Source of the DNA: Amphiscolops sp. MND2022
Lineage: Eukaryota
Length of the DNA stretch: 64,000 nucleotides
Direction of reading: 5' to 3'
Assembly: GCA_964187785.1 (NCBI GenBank)
Contig: OZ076409.1
Span: 92,630,001-92,694,000 of the forward strand
Shown: piece by piece, positions 48,201 through 59,400 of the stretch
How the letters are laid out: each line of letters opens with the position of its first letter
Numbering within the stretch: position 1 is the stretch's first letter
The notes under the pieces: generated by a model
The model's database searches: none
What the model was told of the DNA's origin: nothing
What the model saw: only the letters and a program-made list of their open reading frames with translations
Position numbers and translations under genes: made by a program

Positions 48201-50380
48201 TGCGCGCATTGGTCTGCTTTAATAACTTTGTCCAGGTATTCGCGCATAAAGCTTGAAAAGGCCGATAGGGATCGACTGAGACCTTGGGCAAGTCTTCGAT
48301 AGGCAAACGTTCTACTGGCAAAATTAAATGCCAGCATTTCGATTGATCTTTGGTCCGCCATTGGAAGACAGTGGTAGGCTTGGGAACAATCGAGTTTGCA
48401 GAAGAGTTTCTTGCCTGCCATGTGTTGCGCCGCGTCCGTGAGAGTGCTCACAGGATGGTTGTTGTTGATGTAGTCGTCTGAGATGAGGTTATTGATTTTC
48501 CTCAAATCGACTAGTAGGCGTAGTTTCCCATTAGGTTTTTTCTGTGCGAATATGGGACTGGCGTATTTCGAAAATGGCAGTGTAGTTATTATGCCATATT
48601 TGTGTAAGAGGGCCAATTCGACAAGTATGTCCTCTTTTAAATTGACTGGAGTTGGAAGACTTTGGCTGTAAGCGGGCGAATCGTCCTTAGGGGTCAATTT
48701 GACCGTGAATTCTTCATTCATTCCGATGTCAAATCTATGTCGTGCAAAGATGTCATGGAATTCTACCAGGAGCGATTCTATTTTCTTGATCTCATGTTGT
48801 TGTAGCATGGAGTCTTTCCAATCGAAGTTGTCAAGGAATTTTTGTCTAGATATGTCATTTTGCTGTGGGTCAAGTTCCTCGGCTTCTTGTAAGTTACGTA
48901 ATTCCCGCAATATTCGTGCTTGAATTGGTGTGTGGGAATTTTCATCTCCTGGGTTCTCCGGAGTTGGGAACCAGTATTGTTCATATTGGTCGTTGTTTTT
49001 ATTTGCTTTTAATAGACTGCTGACATAATAAATCGCGTCTTCTTCGTTTTCGTTCAGCAAGTGCCAAGTGGACACAGGGTCTATTGGTTTGACATGTTTC
49101 ATTTGCTCCGGGGTTAATACTGAGAAATTTGCTATATGCAGACCCTTTTTAAGTTTGAATGGTTGATCTGTAAAATTATTGATATGGAAACTTGTAGATC
49201 CTTCTGCCAAAGTGACAATTGCGGCACAAAATGTGATGTCGCCTTCTTCGGTTAGGAGGTCGCTTGGCTGTAATACACCTGTTACTAAGTTTTCAGGGTA
49301 AATCTGTGATTTGACCGTAATTGTCGCTCGGTCATTGGGCGGAATAGTTAAATCCTCGGGATTGAGAATTGGTTCCATTACATTGGAGTACTTGTGGTCG
49401 GCTGTTTTGAGTTGCATGGAGAAATAGGGGAAGTTGAGGATGCCTTGACGCATGTCTAGGACTGTATGATTTCTTTGGAGGAACATTAGTCCAATTATCG
49501 GGCCGGTCAATTTTTCCATTACAATGAATATTTCATGGAATTCAATGTCTCCTACTTCGAATTTTAGTTCAACGGTGCTTTTTGGGGTTTCCAATTGTCC
49601 ATTTGCGACCATAATTTGAAATGTTGGAGCAGGTCCCTCTTTTACTATTGATTGGGGCGCTAGAAGGCGTATTTTCCTGAGGTCTGCTTCTGGGATTGCA
49701 CTGGAATGGGCTCCGGTGTCGATGAGGCCGTCTATGGTCAATTCCCCAAAGTCCATTGGGAAATACAGCATCCGTCTTTTGTATTTTAATCCGAGGTTCG
49801 TAGAGAGAGGTATGTAAGCCGGTTCTCCTTCATTAGTCACTAGAACGTGTAAGAAGGCTGTTTCGTCTAGTAGGCCGGGTTCGGTCTGTGATTCGTCTTC
49901 ACTATTTGTGTCCTCTATTTCTTCCATATCAGTGATCTCAGAGTTTGTATGCCACAGTTCGATGAGTGCCCTTGATAGCTTATTGTCTGGTATCTCTGGG
50001 TCATCTTCATCGTCTGTTGGTGGGTACTCTTCGCATCTGAATTGTAGTTTCCGTTGGTCGTATAGAGAATTGTCCCAATAGGGATCTATGCCATATTCAG
50101 GGTCAATGTAGTGAGGGTTATAACCTTCAATTAGTTGGAGCGGTCTAAATCGTGTTTGATAGTCTGCAGTGTAGTCTTTTTCATAGTATCGGTCTGGGCG
50201 GTCATTATGGACCAGTTTGTAGGTTTTGATGTAGGCTTTTTCCATCTGTTGCTGCCAGACAATAGATGGTGTTTCGTTGATGTCATCATGGTATTGCTTG
50301 TAGGTTACATTGGGTGGGTCTGATATGACATATTGTCGTATTGACATTCGGTTACATATTTGGAGTCGTGGCAAAATTAG
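45260..50380 (-). CDS. pol: pol of element C, intact (protease, RT, RNase H, integrase), expressed by -1 frameshift
   Basis: LIDTGA, LDCSQAYH, YVDD, TDAS, TDNKS, ADYLSR, H..HPG..CEIC, QIDL / TDKGSAF / GKLER, WIGPY and terminal KYNLRPNP. 1704 codons without a stop. Confidence 0.97.
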   Translation of the reverse strand, partial: LILPRLQICNRMSIRQYVISDPPNVTYKQYHDDINETPSIVWQQQMEKAYIKTYKLVHNDRPDRYYEKDYTADYQTRFRPLQLIEGYNPHYIDPEYGIDPYWDNSLYDQRKLQFRCEEYPPTDDEDDPEIPDNKLSRALIELWHTNSEITDMEEIEDTNSEDESQTEPGLLDETAFLHVLVTNEGEPAYIPLSTNLGLKYKRRMLYFPMDFGELTIDGLIDTGAHSSAIPEADLRKIRLLAPQSIVKEGPAPTFQIMVANGQLETPKSTVELKFEVGDIEFHEIFIVMEKLTGPIIGLMFLQRNHTVLDMRQGILNFPYFSMQLKTADHKYSNVMEPILNPEDLTIPPNDRATITVKSQIYPENLVTGVLQPSDLLTEEGDITFCAAIVTLAEGSTSFHINNFTDQPFKLKKGLHIANFSVLTPEQMKHVKPIDPVSTWHLLNENEEDAIYYVSSLLKANKNNDQYEQYWFPTPENPGDENSHTPIQARILRELRNLQEAEELDPQQNDISRQKFLDNFDWKDSMLQQHEIKKIESLLVEFHDIFARHRFDIGMNEEFTVKLTPKDDSPAYSQSLPTPVNLKEDILVELALLHKYGIITTLPFSKYASPIFAQKKPNGKLRLLVDLRKINNLISDDYINNNHPVSTLTDAAQHMAGKKLFCKLDCSQAYHCLPMADQRSIEMLAFNFASRTFAYRRLAQGLSRSLSAFSSFMREYLDKVIKADQCAQYVDDIGIAANDADHLLKNLRATFECIRKAGLKLTMHKCHFGATEIDFLGRTITPEGVKPQKERITTFLEKTKFPKSKKALQRYLGFLNYYRNYIPRLSEKLAPFFQLLKKDEKVLVTNELVQQFNEINKDLDRCSQLALKQPLPNTQLVLMTDASFLAAGYAILTEDDPNQKFTSVRKSYAPIAYGSKTFTPSQLKMSIYAKEFLAIFYAFKEFGHIFWGTPKPITILTDNKSVTRFFQTKIIPPALWNACDYVIQFNFVIAHIPGKNNTAADYLSRMEMDPKEKLVLTIREDVETRPIEVNVQSAGVSEEEQVFFTEDDDETEAQIWERKNQRRNSHQNTDAVIHIDAISENSVDKITNFSQRLRRTNQILLEQSMDPTLLQLKAKMQNEEYSEEILLQDYRYKHYLNNWDRLVLKEEIVTRLYYDETGQVKYHQILLPKHLLTELLRALHGTAHKHPGISKMLQEIRQKYYYPGIAKHVKRWVEGCEICAKDKRVPNDSITPELLNLPEWDLGPEDAMQIDLLPNLPISGGYQTVMTAIDVFSRYLFAYPLIEATAANTAKVIIDIMTKHTYLPTTLITDKGSAFTSIIVAEITRILGITLKCATTKHPQTIGKLERTHASLKTNLKMASGEYRRQWHKYLPLAVLNYNTTYHSSIGCEPSKVFHGRIPYNVLDHKLGNNPNREFAPTTEFAEELQQRTKVLIDQTKKNIMQSYLKYKEYYDRKAKAAPLSEKDFCFILQPKADNQGSKIPFRDYRWIGPYVIEKVLPNDNYIVRRLNTNKTQILHRIRLKKFVPNTPLEDKYSKEKLQPDDEIVIPQDDLYTISWEADFDYQVFETRRDDNQNTTNTDDVINDNADDDAQRTQPATSREVTITREQTDVTDSPVRDEQQDETERPSTTASRDRQNLNDTPNHSENDDVTNEITDLQNSPKTGEDITVPGISKDELDENVNETSSPRGGKYNLRPNPTPNYTDEYRY

Positions 50381-50386
50381 TTTTTT
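50380..50386 (-). other. -1 ribosomal frameshift slippery heptamer A AAA AAC at the gag/pol junction of element C
   Basis: Minus strand reads CCA AAA AAC TAA. The -1 frame CTA ATT TTG CCA CGA is the pol frame. Confidence 0.8.
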
Positions 50387-51502
50387 GGATCGGGTTTCTT
50401 GGAGTTCGATTGACCCGGAGTAGATGTTGTAGATTTCTCAATTTTTGTGAGAGTGCCTTCGTCCTCTGAAGGCTCCGTGTTTTTGGAGTCATGTCTGTTT
50501 CTTTTAGGACGAAGGTGAGCTCCGGCACCACGCCAACATTTCTCTGCTGGGTGATTCGTTTTGCTGCAAGTGGGACATTCTGGGTAAGTAGGGCGCTGGG
50601 GCTTTTTGCCATTTTTGGCTTCCGATTCCTTTTTCTTTTTGAGTTTCGGACAGTTTTTCCAGAAGTGGTCCTCAGCTTTGCAGTATGAACATTGGTTGTT
50701 CTTGTTGGTGTTAATGCCGTTAGACAATAGGTTTCGTGCCTTATCTGACGATGAAGCCATTGTGGCAATGGGTAAGTCATCAGATTCCTCTAAGGCGTTT
50801 AATTCCAATTCCCTTTCGAGATGTGCCACGATTTCCTCGTATGTCCCATTTTCTAGTCTAGCCATGTTGACTGATCTTTTAAGTTTAGGTGGCAATTTGG
50901 CATATAACAAGCTGTCTATCATACTTTTAGCGTTCTCTCCGAAGGCTTTCTCGGCCCCTTGGTTGAGTTCCTCCAGGAAGTCAGGTAATTTCATTGTATT
51001 GGGATCAAATATAAGTCGATGCCACTTGTGTTTTGCTGTGGCTTGTGATTCTGGTTTAACATATTTCCTGCGAAATATGACCAAGACGTCCTCTAGTGTT
51101 TGACGGTTTGTAGAGTTGATGTTTCGAAATGTTTGTAAAGCCCCTTTTCTGAGTAATGAGTGAAAATGATTGATTTTCATTTGTTCAGTCATTGCGGGCT
51201 GCATCTTTATCATTGTATGGAATAAGTCTTCAAACAATTCGAACTTCTCTGTTTTGCCGTCAAAGGTCATGGGGTTTGTCGTGACTGGTCTGATTGTCAT
51301 CGATTGTGGTTTATTTTGGAGATTAACCAGAACATCTGCGAGGCGATTAATAGGGTCCTGTGGCGGTTCGGCCACAACTGCTTCTGCTATTGGGAGAGTT
51401 GTATCCATGGTTGTGTCATGTGCAGATTCTTGCCTTTGGAGGTCTGGCTGCGAGTGAATTCGTCCAGTGAGGAATTCTGGAATTGGATGTTGGGCTTCGT
51501 TA

Positions 51503-51515
51503 GCTCCTGTCACCA
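51503..51515 (-). other. primer binding site of element C (TGGTGACAGGAGC)
   Basis: Abuts the LTR end ..TTACA with no spacer; shared with element A. Confidence 0.8.
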
Positions 51516-53235
51516 TGTAAGGAGTAAAGTCCGTATGATCCCTCAGATCACAAGCAGACCTTGAGTCCTTCTTTGTAATCTTCTCATTTGTATTTTTCCA
51601 CATGTTCCCAGTTCTGTTCTCATCAAAGGACGTGGGCGGCTCAACGCCATGTTGGTTCAAAGGCAAATTTCCTACCATGTTTTGTATCTCTGGTATTATT
51701 CTCTCACTAATAGCACAGTTGATTGCTCTACTAATCTGGTTTTGCATGAAGCCATCATGGTCTCCATTTCACGAGACATTCTCGCATTCATTTCACTTGA
51801 TAGTGTATTGATCGATTCAACCAATCTTTCCTCCCTAACAGGCTCATTTTGATTATTGATGTCTCTAATTTCATTTTCTTGGGACGAATTTTCCCTGTTT
51901 GGGAAAGGCCCATAGTCACGTCGCCCGTCTGGGACGTTTATGAGACTGTCCAATTCTCTTTCTATAGAATTTGAATTTCCATCCCCTAACATTACGTCCA
52001 TGTTGTCGTAATCAGACAACATGTCCAATTCTCTTTACTTTCTGGCCTTGGCCTTTTGTCTTCTTGTGGAAGGCATAAAATATTTCTACAGGAGGTAATA
52101 TTTGAATTATTCCTGTAATCGAGTAGTAAGAAAGCTTTACAAGACAACTTGTATAAATGCAAAGTTTGTAGGTTAACTGTATCAAGTTTAGCAAAATTGT
52201 GTCTTGCGAAGTCCCAACCTGGGTATATATACCTAAGTGGGCATGATTCGCAATTTTATGGGGGTCATGATACTAAAAATAACTTACAAGTTATAAATAG
52301 AACACATCACTGCTAAAAATAGAATCATTACGTCACTACAGACAGGTAGGGGCGGGTAGATCAAAGTGCCTTAGTAGGCCGAGTGACGCATGGAGTATAG
52401 CACTTACATGTAACGCAAAATACATAAACACTTTTACATGTAGGAAACTTTCATGTAAGATACATATGACGGGTAGCTGTAAGGGACTTATAGTTCCTTT
52501 TTAACATCATAACACAGCATCACCTTTGAACAGGTACATGAAGGCCCGGTACGGCCAATAGCCGTCCGGGTTTTCTAATTTAGTCTCATCAATATATAGA
52601 AAAGCAACACTGCATGTTAACACTATATGTGTTTGGTCATTACATGGGATGGGTTATTCGCGTCCTTCAATTGCTAATTAATCGAAACACTAATTTCATG
52701 TGATAAGTAATACAGCACTTGAGTATTCGTCATGTCGACCGGCCGAGTTGGGCCTTCTTTATTGCACAGCACCAAGACAATTAGTACAAAAGATAGGGAC
52801 GGCTATGTTATATAGCCGCTTTCGTCCTATTTCAATTATTGAATACTATTCAACCACAGCATCAAAGCATAGTAAGGCCGGCCAAATTAATTGGCCGTAT
52901 TGGTCCATTCTGAATAACTATTAGCACAGTTACGTAATAAGTAAAGGAATGGTTGTTATAAACTGCGCTGTGATTGGCCACTTAGCCGTTGACGGCCTAG
53001 CTAGCCATACTGGACAGGCAAACATTTGAACTCGTTTCCTCTTTGCCTGTCAGTATAACTTGCTGTCAAATGTCTTTTACATGAAAAATAATACTGCAAT
53101 ACATCAATCAACATACTCAAAATAAAACTAAATGTTTGAAAGTTTTGATTTATAATGGGAGTGTCCCAGGCAGAGCAATTGGCCTTGTGTGGTCGATTGT
53201 ATAGACGTTCCCATCGCAGGCGGCAGCCTGCGACA
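51516..53235 (-). repeat. 5' LTR of element C
   Basis: 1720 bp, followed on plus by the TSD TCAAG. A palindromic TATA-like GGTATATATACC at ~52222-52233 lies ~145 nt upstream of the gag ATG. Confidence 0.97.
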
Positions 53236-53462
53236 TCAAGGCTTGAAATTGCCGCCAAAACATTGATGAATCTTTCAAGCAGCTTGATAGAAGCTGAATA
53301 CATCGGGGAAATATTTTAAATTTCAGAAAATCATAATAAATGTTACTGGCAACATTAAAAAACATGCAAAAAGTTCAAGCAATCTCAACAAGGGCTTCTA
53401 AAAGCTTGATTCAACTGGAAATAAGTGGTTTGTGAAACCTGCAAAATGTATTATTGGTTTAG

Positions 53463-56400
53463 ATATTCTGGAAGGTGAGAAACCCAGCAAAGTCTCTTTC
53501 CAAACATGCCAGGACAGAAGAATGTATCCAACGAAGCCAGCGTTTGATCGCATTGGCAACGAGAACAATCCAATCAGGGCGCCACCTCACTTGGGTCCAG
53601 GGTCGCACAACGTGTGTGAGGCGACGGACTTCGCAGAGCTACTTCTCAAGAGACCTGGAAAATTGGAATCCAACATCGGAGTTGGAATCAGTGGCCGCAC
53701 TGGACCTGCGCGTCTACCCCTTGCTTCAAAAGTATGCCACTTTCGATATTACGTAGCGAAAAAAAAGCAATACCCAAGCTCTGTTTAGCATATCTTAGTG
53801 TACCTATGTACAATATAGACTAAACAAAGGTTTGATATCGCTAATTTTTTTCCGAGGAAATTTTGAATTTGGACAACCTTTGCATTGCGAAAGGAGAAGC
53901 ACCATGTTTCTTAAACTACAACATAAGGTACACCTTGATTTTTATCTCCCCTCAACACGAAACCAACGAAACAACTTATATGCTTGTAAAACGAATGAAA
54001 TAAAAGAAATTAATTTGGTTATTAATTTTTAGAGGATCGTCTCTACAGTTGTTTCGACGGTTGTTTCGGCGTTACAAAAGCGCCCAAAATACGCAGTCGA
54101 AAGCTCCCCAGTCATAAGCACCCCAATCAAAGACTACAGAGGATTTGCTGACTCTTTTTGAGTGGAGCGCTTTTGACCGGGGCGCTTATGACTGTGTAAA
54201 ATGAGCGCTTTTGACTGGGGCGCTTTTGTCTGTACACCGTTTCGACACTTGCAGTTGAAATATCACTGACTTTTTGGTATTTGTCTTCCAAAATAGTGAA
54301 TAACAAAAAAATCACGTCTGGAACAAGTGTTTTCTTGAAATACTTCAAAATCTAAAAAACGCGAGCCAGACAAAATTATCACATGCATCATAGCCATTAT
54401 CGAGGAAATACGATTGGTTGTCAACTAAAGACAAGGAAAAACCTAAAAACCTTGTTTCAGGAACAAGTTTACAACCCTTCGCCCGCCGACTACCAAAGGG
54501 ACATCAATCTATCGGCTTCGTCGGGGCCCAGCTACAAACCCTTCTTGTCTGCCTGTGAGAGGAAGTCAGTTCTAGAAGGACAGGATAAGGGACCTCCGTA
54601 CGTTTGCTCCCTATGTATACTTTGCCTCAACATTTTCAGCCACTTCCCCAGAAAAAATTCAGTTTGAGCATTATGAACAGCCAGTAACATATTGCGCAAC
54701 TGAAATTGTAAAATGGTGTCAAAAGAAACGCTATCTTTTGATCTCCACCCAAGTCGAATCTGCAGGAAAATTTTCCATGTTGCATCCATGTATTCATTCT
54801 GAATTTTTTGTATTTAGAACACTGAAAGCACGCATGGAGAAATTTTGAAGGATTACAATGCACTATTTCAAACACACTATTTCAATTAAAACTCAAAACT
54901 TCTCCAATACTTCACCAGCAAATTTTCGTCACTCAATTGCCGCCAAATTTAGGATGCATCTTTTAGGCGGCTTGATAAAATTAAATGGAACCAGTGAAAT
55001 TTCAATGCGTGGAAGTTTCCTTTAAAATTCTACAAAATCATAAAAAATGAACTTGGTAACCAACAAAAATTTGAAAAAGTTCAAGCAGTCCATGGTTTGA
55101 ACTGCTTGAACTTTTCACATGTTTGTGTAGGTTACCAAGCAAATTTTCCATGATTTTATAAAATTCTCAAAGGAACTTCCATGCATTAAAATTTCACAGA
55201 TTTAATTTAGTTTTATCAAGCTGCCTATAAGATGCATGCTAAATTTGGTGGCAATTCTGCGTTGCAAAGTTTTAGAGGTTTCATTAAGACGCTGCTCCAA
55301 TTTTGAAACTGGGACCTTCATCAATTTTACCGCAATTTTAATGCAAATAATTTTCAGTCAAATTATAAGTTTCAAAGTAGCGTCATGGTCAGCGTTATAT
55401 TTGACTAAAGGTGATTACATAAGGTGATTACTTACTTGAGAAACTTACGCGTAAAAACAAAGTGATCACAGCGGTGGTGAAGAAGTGGAAATAATTTCAG
55501 TTTTAATTCAAATAGTGGAGGCTGCATTGTAATCCTACAAAATGTTTCCATGCAGGCTTCCGGAATTTTCCATGTTTTGTAAAGAATTAGCATGCATGTT
55601 TGCATGCAACATGTAAAAAGTAAAAAAGTTCAAGCAATCTCGACTAGGGGTTTCAACCAGGGGTTGCCTTTTTTTGGTATAATGCAAGAGATCGGTGCGA
55701 ACAATGGTCGAATGAAACTTGTCCCTTTAAAAAGAGCACTACTCTTGAATTATAAGGCGGGTTTCCATCAAAAAGTTCTTCACGTTTAGTTTTTCCTCGT
55801 ATTGAAAAAAAGTGCAGATAATTAAAAGCACGGTGGCAAAGTGCAGATAATTAAAATAGGAAACACATAGCAGATGCCAAAACTAAATGAATATTGCGAC
55901 ACTTCGGGAAATTAATCCAGAAAGAAGTTGAGTATGGGATAATCACTGAATAGGCCGAAAAAAACTACATGAGTAGTGCTTATGTATTCAATCATGGCAT
56001 ACTCTAGTTGAAACTGCTTGAAACGTTTGCATGATTTTATCGGCTGCCAAACACTTTCAGCATGATTTTGGGAGTTTCATGCAAAATCATTTTTGCTAAA
56101 TTATATCCCTGATGCAATGCTATTTCTTCAGGTATTTTTTTAGGATTCCTTTACAATTTGGCCTGATTTCAGAGCAACATCAAGGAAGTTCAAGAAATCT
56201 CCCCACGAAATTTTCCATGTTTTTGCGGACAAAACCTCAAATTTTCGAGTTCTGACGCTAACATGATGTAAACAATTTTTGCGTGTGCCAGTGTGGTCAA
56301 CAAATTCGTAAAACTCATCGAGCGATAAGTCATATCAATTAGGAAAAGTGACAATTCATATCAGGTTCGTCCATGTGTTACAAACATCTAAATTATACTT

Positions 56401-59400
56401 CAAAAGAATTTATATTAATTGCAATTAGAAGCCCCAAAGATTATTTGGAGTTATTTCGCATTTTATGCGCTATACTCAGGATTATTTTCTCTGCAACCCT
56501 TCCGATTGAAGATGTAATTATCCATGACACTGATATATACCATAAAACTTTTTACTATTTTGTTATTTTTAATAATTATTATCAATTACTTCATTTTCTC
56601 TAATTAATTCATGAATTTTTTGGAGTGAATTCTCTTGTAAAAATATTAATTTTTTGATATGAGTTATCGCTTGATATGAGTTGTCGCGTTTTAGTCTGCG
56701 CTTTTCTTGAGAAAAGAGTCGCCTATAGTTATGGCCTTTTGTCAGTTTTTTCGATACACCTGAACTGTCCAAAGTAGTTGTACCGAAAGTTCTTCAATTT
56801 GGTAATGTCCCTTTTGGAAATCTACATACTACATTTGAGCTGTAAAAAGAACTAAGAATGCTCCTTCGACAATAACAAAACCCATACCGGATTTAGCACA
56901 AACCGGATAAAACGAATTCCGGATATAACGTATACCGGATATAACGTTTCTTGGGAGAATTTTTCAATGTTACAAAAGGGTCGACTTTCAATTTTTAGGA
57001 TATTTCGAGTTGATACAAAATGATTTAAAGCCGAAGGGCTCTTCGATTTTTTGGCGCAAATCGGATACAACGCAATCAAGATATAACGAATCATGGTTAC
57101 AACGTATACCGGATAGAATGTTTCTTGGAGGATTTCTCAATGATATAGTCCCCTTTTGACTTTTAGAGTTGATACAAAATCATTTGAAGCCAAATCGTCC
57201 CACCTTTGGATCTTTTCGGTATTGTGAGACCTCATTCTTTTTCAACTTACCCGGGCAGCTGTGTTATATTTTGTTTAGACATTTTTCGGCTCTGTGCGTC
57301 TTTTTAGGAACGTTTCATTAGGTCAAAGGGTACTCTCACGCTTTCATAACTGATTGCGATTTGAGAAAAGGTAGTCCTTCGAGCTGAAATTTCTTTTTTC
57401 GGCGCGATGAGATTTTTCCAAAAAAATCGAATGTTTTTTCGAAAACTGAATTTGTTTCCAGTTGGGAAAAATGGTGTTTCCGAGTCTTATGCGTATCTTT
57501 TGGGGTATTTTTCGGGACTGAGAAAGAGATAAAATTTTGAGACAGTGTCCTTTGCATATTCAAGAAACTTGAGCAGGGCGCCCACTTGGGCTGGTCCCGG
57601 CTTGTTCAAATTGATAAGAGTTGTCGCCTGATAAGAGTTGTCGCCTGATATGAGTTGTCGCTTGATATGAGTTGTCGCTTGAAATGAGTTGTCACCTTAA
57701 GTTCATCATACAAAATTTGTTCAGGCCAGGTGCGCACGACGCCCACTTGCACACAGGGAAACCGGCCGTGGTTCAGAGAGAGTGCAGCTTCGGGGGCAGA
57801 CAGAACCTGAGCATTCCTCTCAGAACAACCAAGGTTAGTGGCAGTTGCAAACTCATTGTTGCACAGGCAATATCAACCAATCAAAAACGACCAAAAATGC
57901 GAAAGGTCTTTCGGTAGAGTATCAGACTTTATTTAATACATGAGATTACAGGTTGGATTCCCGAGACCGTTAATCATTTGGTAGTTCTGATGAAAAATAA
58001 AAAAAAAAACTATTTTTCTTAAACGATTTTTTGAAACTTTAATTTGATTGTCTATGATAGTGAGCAGCTTTTGCTAGCTTTGTCATATTATATTGAACGA
58101 CTGTATTGTTATTGGGGCCGTAAAACATCGATGAATAAAGTTTGCTATCCTTCTTTTAAAACGAGATATAGTTACCGATAACTTTATTTCTTTTACTCAT
58201 CATGCAATAGTTTTATATCCTAACATCCTGGAACAGTGGTGGACAAAATTGACAAAAAATTGCCAAAAAAGCGTTGAATTTTTAGGAACTATATCGTATA
58301 AATTTGAAGAATTAAAATGACAGGTTAGTTTTGAAAATGACAAGGTCCAAAATGTCAAGAGGTGAGGGAAAATTAGCTTACGTGGAGGCCCTTGGTGGAA
58401 AATTCGAAAATTTCAAAAATGAGAATTTCGTTCGAAATTTCTAGCAACTGAATGATTCACTACATGAAATATCTTTAGATCTAATTCCAGTGATTTTTTC
58501 GGTAATTTTAGATCTTATTCCTGTGGTTATTCCAGTAATAACCCATTTTGCGGTGGCCACAGGTGGACCACCAGTGGCCATCGGGGGGAAATTTTAACCG
58601 ATGGCCACCACAAAGTGTAATGGCCACCAGTGGGTTGCCCTGGATTGTCAGCACGGAAGAAAGTTCTGACAGACTTGAAAAATGGATGAAAAAGCATTGA
58701 CACGAATGTTCTTCTTCGAGAAACGAAGTTGTTTTGCCCTAACGACTTGCCTAACAGGGGTTGGAGACAGTTAATCGTTCATCGATTAATCGATCAAATT
58801 AATCGATCGAAAGGGTTTTGATTAATAAAAATAATCGAGAAGTTACCATGGTTAACTCCATGGTTAATTGCAATTAATCGATAAATGTGGGCCAGGTGGT
58901 GTTAAATGTATTTTTAAACCACTTTTGATTGTTTTGGAATTTTGAGATATTGATGTGATTAGCAATTTAAGCAGTTACACATTTACATAGTTTTTTATCA
59001 TTACTACTATATGATTACCACCACAATTTCGTCCCCTTTTAATTATGGTTTTGAGAGAAAAAGTTTCGGGCCATTTTCCTTACCCCGCAACAAAGCGACA
59101 CCCCCCCCCCCCCCCAGATATACCTTGTTTCTTATCCCCCCAAAACCAATGATATCTTCTCGTGAACGCTGTTAATTCTAGTCAATACAACGAAATTTCC
59201 GACGACGAAATTTCAGCCTCCCCTATATAACTATATAAACTATATAACTATAAGCTTCAGGCAAAAAATTGATCAATCTGACACTTATTCGAATAATCAA
59301 AAAATGACCAATCAATTAATCAACCTTATTCGATAAGACCAATCAATTACGATTAATCGATCGATAGTTTTACTATTACAATTTATCGATCAAAGGCGTT

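Larger units (their letters stand above)
50377..52076 (-). pseudogene. gag: gag of element C (~566 aa reconstructed); ATG inside the 5' LTR; the LTR-encoded part has a nonsense change and a 1-bp deletion in this copy
   Basis: Relative to the intact 3' LTR copy: TCA>TAA at 52035-52037 and a 1-nt deletion near 51751. The downstream part is open, with TFDGKTEKFELFEDLF and knuckles CSYCKAEDHFWKNC and CPTCSKTNHPAEKC. Confidence 0.88.
37356..53235 (-). mobile_element. Ty3/gypsy LTR retrotransposon C, 15,880 bp, full length and young, with an antisense spliced cargo gene
   Basis: Two 1720-bp TG..CA LTRs (3 differences seen), 5-bp TSD TCAAG (37351-37355 and 53236-53240), PBS, PPT and intact pol. Confidence 0.97.
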
